Positions 59,960 to 64,000 of a stretch of DNA of 64,000 nucleotides are shown piece by piece (the stretch's first letter is position 1; each line of letters starts with the position of its first letter). A program made the translations under genes and the position numbers. The notes beneath the pieces were generated by a model, which saw only the letters and a program-made list of their open reading frames with translations, ran no database searches and was not told where the DNA came from. The stretch is from an uncultured delta proteobacterium (GTDB lineage: Bacteria > Desulfobacterota > Binatia > UBA9968), in assembly GCA_963840855.1 (NCBI GenBank), contig CAWJBB010000087.1:1-64000 (forward strand). The letters run 5' to 3'.

Positions 59960-61099
59960 ATGATCGCGTCCAGCAGAATCATTTTTCTCACTCTCGCGTT
60001 TCTGAACGCGCTTGCGCCCGCGGCGTTTGCCGCCGATGCGACTTTACAGCGGGAACAAGAATGGAACCGCGCGGTGCGCGCGGCGGAGCAGGAGGGAGAG
60101 ATCGTCCTTTCCGCGCTGAGCGAAGTTGGAGAAGTGTTTACCCACGGCGGGTTCCAGAAGAAATTTCCCAAGATCAAACTGAACGTCGTGCCCGCTCGCG
60201 GCGGCGATCAGGTCACGAGAATCATGGCTGAACGACGCGCGGGGAAGTTTCTCGTTGACGTCGGGAATATGGGCAATACCTCGCCCTACCGCCTCTATCA
60301 AGCCAGGGTGCTCGATCCGATCGCATCCGCGTTTCTTATCCCCGAAGTCGAAGACGAATCCAAGTGGTGGCAAGGAAAACACCAATTCATCGATCCGGAA
60401 GGCAAGTACATCTTCGTGTACGTCGCCGCGCCGCTTTATTTAGTCGGCTATAACACTAAGCTCGTAAATCCCAGCGAGTTCAAGTCTTATTGGGATTTGC
60501 TCAACCCTAAGTGGAAGGGAAAAATCGTCGTCTTCGATCTGCAAGCCGGCGGCTTCGCCGCGACGCGGGACCGTTTCTTCTATCATCATCCCGAGTTGGG
60601 AGCGGATTTTCTCACCAAGCTTCACAGCGAGATGGATGTCACGCTTTACCGGCGCTATCCTCAGGGCGAAGACTGGCTCGCCGCCGGAAAGTACAGTTTG
60701 TGTCTCTGCCGCCACCAGTCGATCAGTGAAGCTAAAAGCCAGGGGTTGCCGGTGGATCTGGTCGAGCCTGGCGCGTTTAAAGAAGGTATCGGCATTGAAA
60801 CCCGCGCCAAGACCCTCGTTCTGATGAACAAGCCGCCGCATCCGAATGCGGCGAAGGTTTTCATCTCGTGGTTTTTGTCGCGCGAAGGGCAAATCGATTT
60901 TCAAAAAACCTCCGCGAAATTTACTGACGCGGGCGCCGAGGGTTCGCTGAGAATGGATATTCCGAAGGATGACATTCCGGCGCGCAACCGGATCCATGCC
61001 GGAGGGAAATACCTTCCACAGTGGAATCCCGAGCATTTCGAGATGAAACCTATCACCCAGCTTATCAGCCAGGCGCAAGCCAAAGCCAAAAAACAGTGA
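59960..61099 (+). CDS. ABC SBP, paralog family copy 10
   Basis: Shared family motifs; LCLC. Confidence 0.88.
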   Translation: MIASSRIIFLTLAFLNALAPAAFAADATLQREQEWNRAVRAAEQEGEIVLSALSEVGEVFTHGGFQKKFPKIKLNVVPARGGDQVTRIMAERRAGKFLVDVGNMGNTSPYRLYQARVLDPIASAFLIPEVEDESKWWQGKHQFIDPEGKYIFVYVAAPLYLVGYNTKLVNPSEFKSYWDLLNPKWKGKIVVFDLQAGGFAATRDRFFYHHPELGADFLTKLHSEMDVTLYRRYPQGEDWLAAGKYSLCLCRHQSISEAKSQGLPVDLVEPGAFKEGIGIETRAKTLVLMNKPPHPNAAKVFISWFLSREGQIDFQKTSAKFTDAGAEGSLRMDIPKDDIPARNRIHAGGKYLPQWNPEHFEMKPITQLISQAQAKAKKQ

Positions 61100-61118
61100 G
61101 TGGAACAAAGGAGTCATT

Positions 61119-62369
61119 ATGCTGAGCCACGAGGAAAACGATTTTCTTACGCGGGTGGGCCGCGGCACTCCCATGGGAGATCTGCTGCGGCGCTATTGGT
61201 ACCCGGTGGCGGCAAGCTCAGAGCTGATCGATCGCCCGGTAAAGGCCGTGAAAATTCTCGGGGAAAACTTGGTTCTTTTTCGCGACAAGCAGGGTCGGCC
61301 CGGACTGGTCGGATCACAATGCGCGCACCGGCGCATGTCGATGGCCTTCGGCATTCCGCAAAACGAAGGGCTCCGCTGCGCCTACCACGGCTGGCTCTAT
61401 GGCCGTGATGGAAAGTGTTTGGAGCAGCCCTACGAGCAGGCGGAAGATCCGCATAGCACGTTTAAAGACCGCGTTGCCATTCCCGCTTACCCCGTTCAGG
61501 AACTTGGCGGATTGCTCTTTGCGTACCTGGGACCCCGGCCCGCGCCGCTCTTGCCGCGCTGGGATCTATTCGTTCGTGAGGGCGTCTTGCGCGACATCGG
61601 CTCAGCGGTGATTCCGTGCAACTGGCTGCAAATCATGGAAAACTCCCTCGACCCCGTTCACGTCGAGTGGCTGCACCAGCACTTCTTCAATCACGTTCAG
61701 GAACGGCTTGGTCGCTCGGATGCCATCAAAGGCAAGCCTGTGAAACACCAGAAGATCGCTTTCCGGGTGTTCGAGCACGGCATCATCAAAAACCGCTTGC
61801 TCGAGGGCGAAACCGAAGACAACGAAGACTGGAAAGTGGGACATCCGGTGCTTTTCCCCAACATTCTTCTGAGCGGCAGTACGCAGCGGCCCACGTTCCA
61901 AATACGCATTCCGGTCGATGACACGCACACACGGCATATCTGGTACACCTGTTATGCGCGGGACGATGTCAAAGAACCGCAGGAGGTTGTGCCGTATTAC
62001 GAAGTGCCGGTGCCAAGCGTCGACAAGGACGGCGAACCGGAGTGGGCGCTGCTCGACAATAACAGCGGCGAAGACATCGCGGCGTGGGTGACGCAAGGTG
62101 AGATCGCCGACCGGTCGGAGGAAAGACTCGGGCTTTCGGACAAAGGGATCATTCTTTATCGCCAATTGTTGAAACAAGAGTGTGAAAAAATGCAGCGCGG
62201 GGAAGATCCGATAAACGTCTTTCGCGATCCGGCGAAAAACGTTTTTCTCAAGCTCCGCCTCGAAGACGCCAAACTCAACAGCGGCAGCTTCCGCGCCGGC
62301 CCGCGCCGGCAAGGCGGAGCGACGAAATATAGCCCGGTTCTTGATCAGGAACAGCAGGATGCAAAATAA
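61119..62369 (+). CDS. Rieske oxygenase alpha subunit
   Basis: CAHRR...CAYHGW; ENSLDPVHVEWLH. Confidence 0.9.
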   Translation: MLSHEENDFLTRVGRGTPMGDLLRRYWYPVAASSELIDRPVKAVKILGENLVLFRDKQGRPGLVGSQCAHRRMSMAFGIPQNEGLRCAYHGWLYGRDGKCLEQPYEQAEDPHSTFKDRVAIPAYPVQELGGLLFAYLGPRPAPLLPRWDLFVREGVLRDIGSAVIPCNWLQIMENSLDPVHVEWLHQHFFNHVQERLGRSDAIKGKPVKHQKIAFRVFEHGIIKNRLLEGETEDNEDWKVGHPVLFPNILLSGSTQRPTFQIRIPVDDTHTRHIWYTCYARDDVKEPQEVVPYYEVPVPSVDKDGEPEWALLDNNSGEDIAAWVTQGEIADRSEERLGLSDKGIILYRQLLKQECEKMQRGEDPINVFRDPAKNVFLKLRLEDAKLNSGSFRAGPRRQGGATKYSPVLDQEQQDAK

Positions 62370-62370
62370 C

Positions 62371-62408
62371 CGTTCCAATCGTTCCAGGGGTTCCAGCAGT
62401 TCCAATCG
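62371..62408. repeat. Nonamer GTTCCA tandem repeat (one arm only)
   Basis: GTTCCAATC GTTCCAGGG GTTCCAGCA GTTCCAATC. Confidence 0.6.
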
Positions 62409-62476
62409 TGGTCCCATGGGCGCTTGATCTAAGCGCCCAGGTAAGATATCAATTCAGCCGCGTAAGGGGGGTCACT

Positions 62477-64000
62477 ATGTCGAGGTCAGAAACAGCAGCC
62501 ATCGGCAAGCTTGCCGGATGGTCGTTCTTCCGATTGGACAGCGGCACCGCCCTGATGACGGTGCTCATCGGCTTCATGGGATTTTACGTTTGCTATCCTT
62601 TGATCTTGATTATCATTAACAGTTTTAACACCGCCACCATCGCCGAGCCTGAGGTTTACGGCCTGAAAGCTTGGAAAGAGGCGTTTAACGAACCCGGCAT
62701 TTGGCGCTCTCTTTGGAACAGCGTAAAAATCGGCATCGTCCTGCAAATAATTGCCCTGCCGAGCGGTATTTTCGTCTCCTGGTTGCTGGCGCGCACGAAT
62801 ATCTATTTCGCCAACGCCTTTGAATTCGGCTTTTGGGTTTCGTTTTTTCTGCCGAATCTCGCCACTACCTTCGGTTGGATGTTGCTGCTCGATCCGAGCA
62901 CGGGTTTGATCAACAATTGGCTGCGCACCGTGCCCTTTCTCGGAGGACTGAACTTCGACATATATACCTTTTGGGGCATTATCTGGGCGCACATCATGGC
63001 CAACGCCATTTCCACCAAAGTCATGCTCATGACGCCGGCGTTCCGGCGCATGGACGCCTCAATGGAAGAAGCGAGCCGGATGTCCGGCGCGAGCGCGCTG
63101 ACGACGATGCTGCGCATCACCGTGCCGGCCATGACGCCGGTGATTGTGGTCGTGTTCCTGCTCAGCGTGATCCGCATCTTCAGCAGCTTTGAAACCGAGC
63201 TGTTGCTCGGCGTGCCCTGGGGCTTTTATGTTTATGCCACGAAGATCGTTGATCTCGCCCGCCAGGAACCGCCGCTGGTCAATCAAGCAGCGGCGCTGGG
63301 CAGTGTCATCCTGGTTTTTCTCGTCCTCTTCATTCCGATCCAACGCCGGCTCATCGCGCGCCGGCAATTCACCACGGTGACCGGCCAATTCAAACCCAAA
63401 ATAATCGATCTCGGCGTGTGGCGTATTCCGGCGACGCTATTCGTCGGCTTCGTTGTCTTCTTGTTGACTGTGGTGCCAATTCTCAGCGTATTCGGCGGCA
63501 GTTTCATGACCCGCTTCGGTTTTTTCAACCTCCCAAAAACCTGGACGATGGAATATTGGAGGATGGCGCTGGCCGATCCGCGAATTATTCAAGGTCTGCA
63601 AAATACTCTAATCACCGCTTGTAGCGCCGCTATCTTCGGGGCGTTCTTCTTTTCTCTCGTGGGCTACGTCCTGGTGCGGACTAAATATCCGGGACGGGGG
63701 ATCCTCGATTCAATTTGCTGGTTGCCGTCGGCTATTCCGGGCGTGCTCTCCGGTCTCGGTCTGCTCTGGATGTTTCTCGGCACGCCTTTTTTCCGGCCCT
63801 TCTACGGGACTCTTTTCCTCTTGGTCATTGCGGTCGTCCTGGGCGGAATCACGCTATCGACACAGATTCTCAAGGCTAACTTCGTTCAGTTGGGCCAAGA
63901 GTTGGAGGAAGCGAGCCGGATGTCCGGGGCCGGCTTCTGGCGCACCTATTTCACAGTGGTCTTCCCGCTGATGGCGCAGACCATGGTGTTGGTGGCCGTG
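62477..64000 (+). CDS. FbpB-type ABC permease (runs off window)
   Basis: Manual translation MSRSETAA...WLLARTNI...RMDASMEEASRMSGA...TVTGQFKP...QELEEASRMSGA. Confidence 0.88.
   Translation, partial: MSRSETAAIGKLAGWSFFRLDSGTALMTVLIGFMGFYVCYPLILIIINSFNTATIAEPEVYGLKAWKEAFNEPGIWRSLWNSVKIGIVLQIIALPSGIFVSWLLARTNIYFANAFEFGFWVSFFLPNLATTFGWMLLLDPSTGLINNWLRTVPFLGGLNFDIYTFWGIIWAHIMANAISTKVMLMTPAFRRMDASMEEASRMSGASALTTMLRITVPAMTPVIVVVFLLSVIRIFSSFETELLLGVPWGFYVYATKIVDLARQEPPLVNQAAALGSVILVFLVLFIPIQRRLIARRQFTTVTGQFKPKIIDLGVWRIPATLFVGFVVFLLTVVPILSVFGGSFMTRFGFFNLPKTWTMEYWRMALADPRIIQGLQNTLITACSAAIFGAFFFSLVGYVLVRTKYPGRGILDSICWLPSAIPGVLSGLGLLWMFLGTPFFRPFYGTLFLLVIAVVLGGITLSTQILKANFVQLGQELEEASRMSGAGFWRTYFTVVFPLMAQTMVLVAV

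Overview
GC-rich bacterial window. The gene content resembles Candidatus Binatia/Deltaproteobacteria (inference, not a database result). 1-13 kb is a catabolic block: MmgE/PrpD, ABC substrate-binding protein (SBP), ABM, flavin monooxygenase, isochorismatase-like, VOC, two FAH-family genes, and two COG1233 FAD oxidoreductases divergent from a GcvT-family gene. 13-25 kb is mostly housekeeping (hisF, a NarL-type two-component system with paralogous lipoproteins, dksA-like, rimO, lolA, ftsK, rnj, plsC). 25-64 kb is a large aromatic/heterocycle catabolic island. It holds four Rieske oxygenase alpha subunits, a dihydrodiol-type dehydrogenase, a creatinase-like M24 protein, three VOC genes (one fused to a Rieske domain), three bicupins, one monocupin and a UbiD decarboxylase, interleaved with eleven Fe/thiamine-type SBPs (ten close paralogs, most with a CxxC) and two FbpB-type permeases. 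No ABC ATPase, Rieske reductase or UbiX is visible. A decayed group II intron lies at about 46.75-48.65 kb. Many intergenic gaps carry small palindromic or 7/9-mer-repeat elements, often nested, sometimes supplying gene ends, and once bracketing a cupin gene as a ~110-bp inverted repeat. Several single-base frameshifts look like long-read indel errors. No rRNA, tRNA or CRISPR array was seen.
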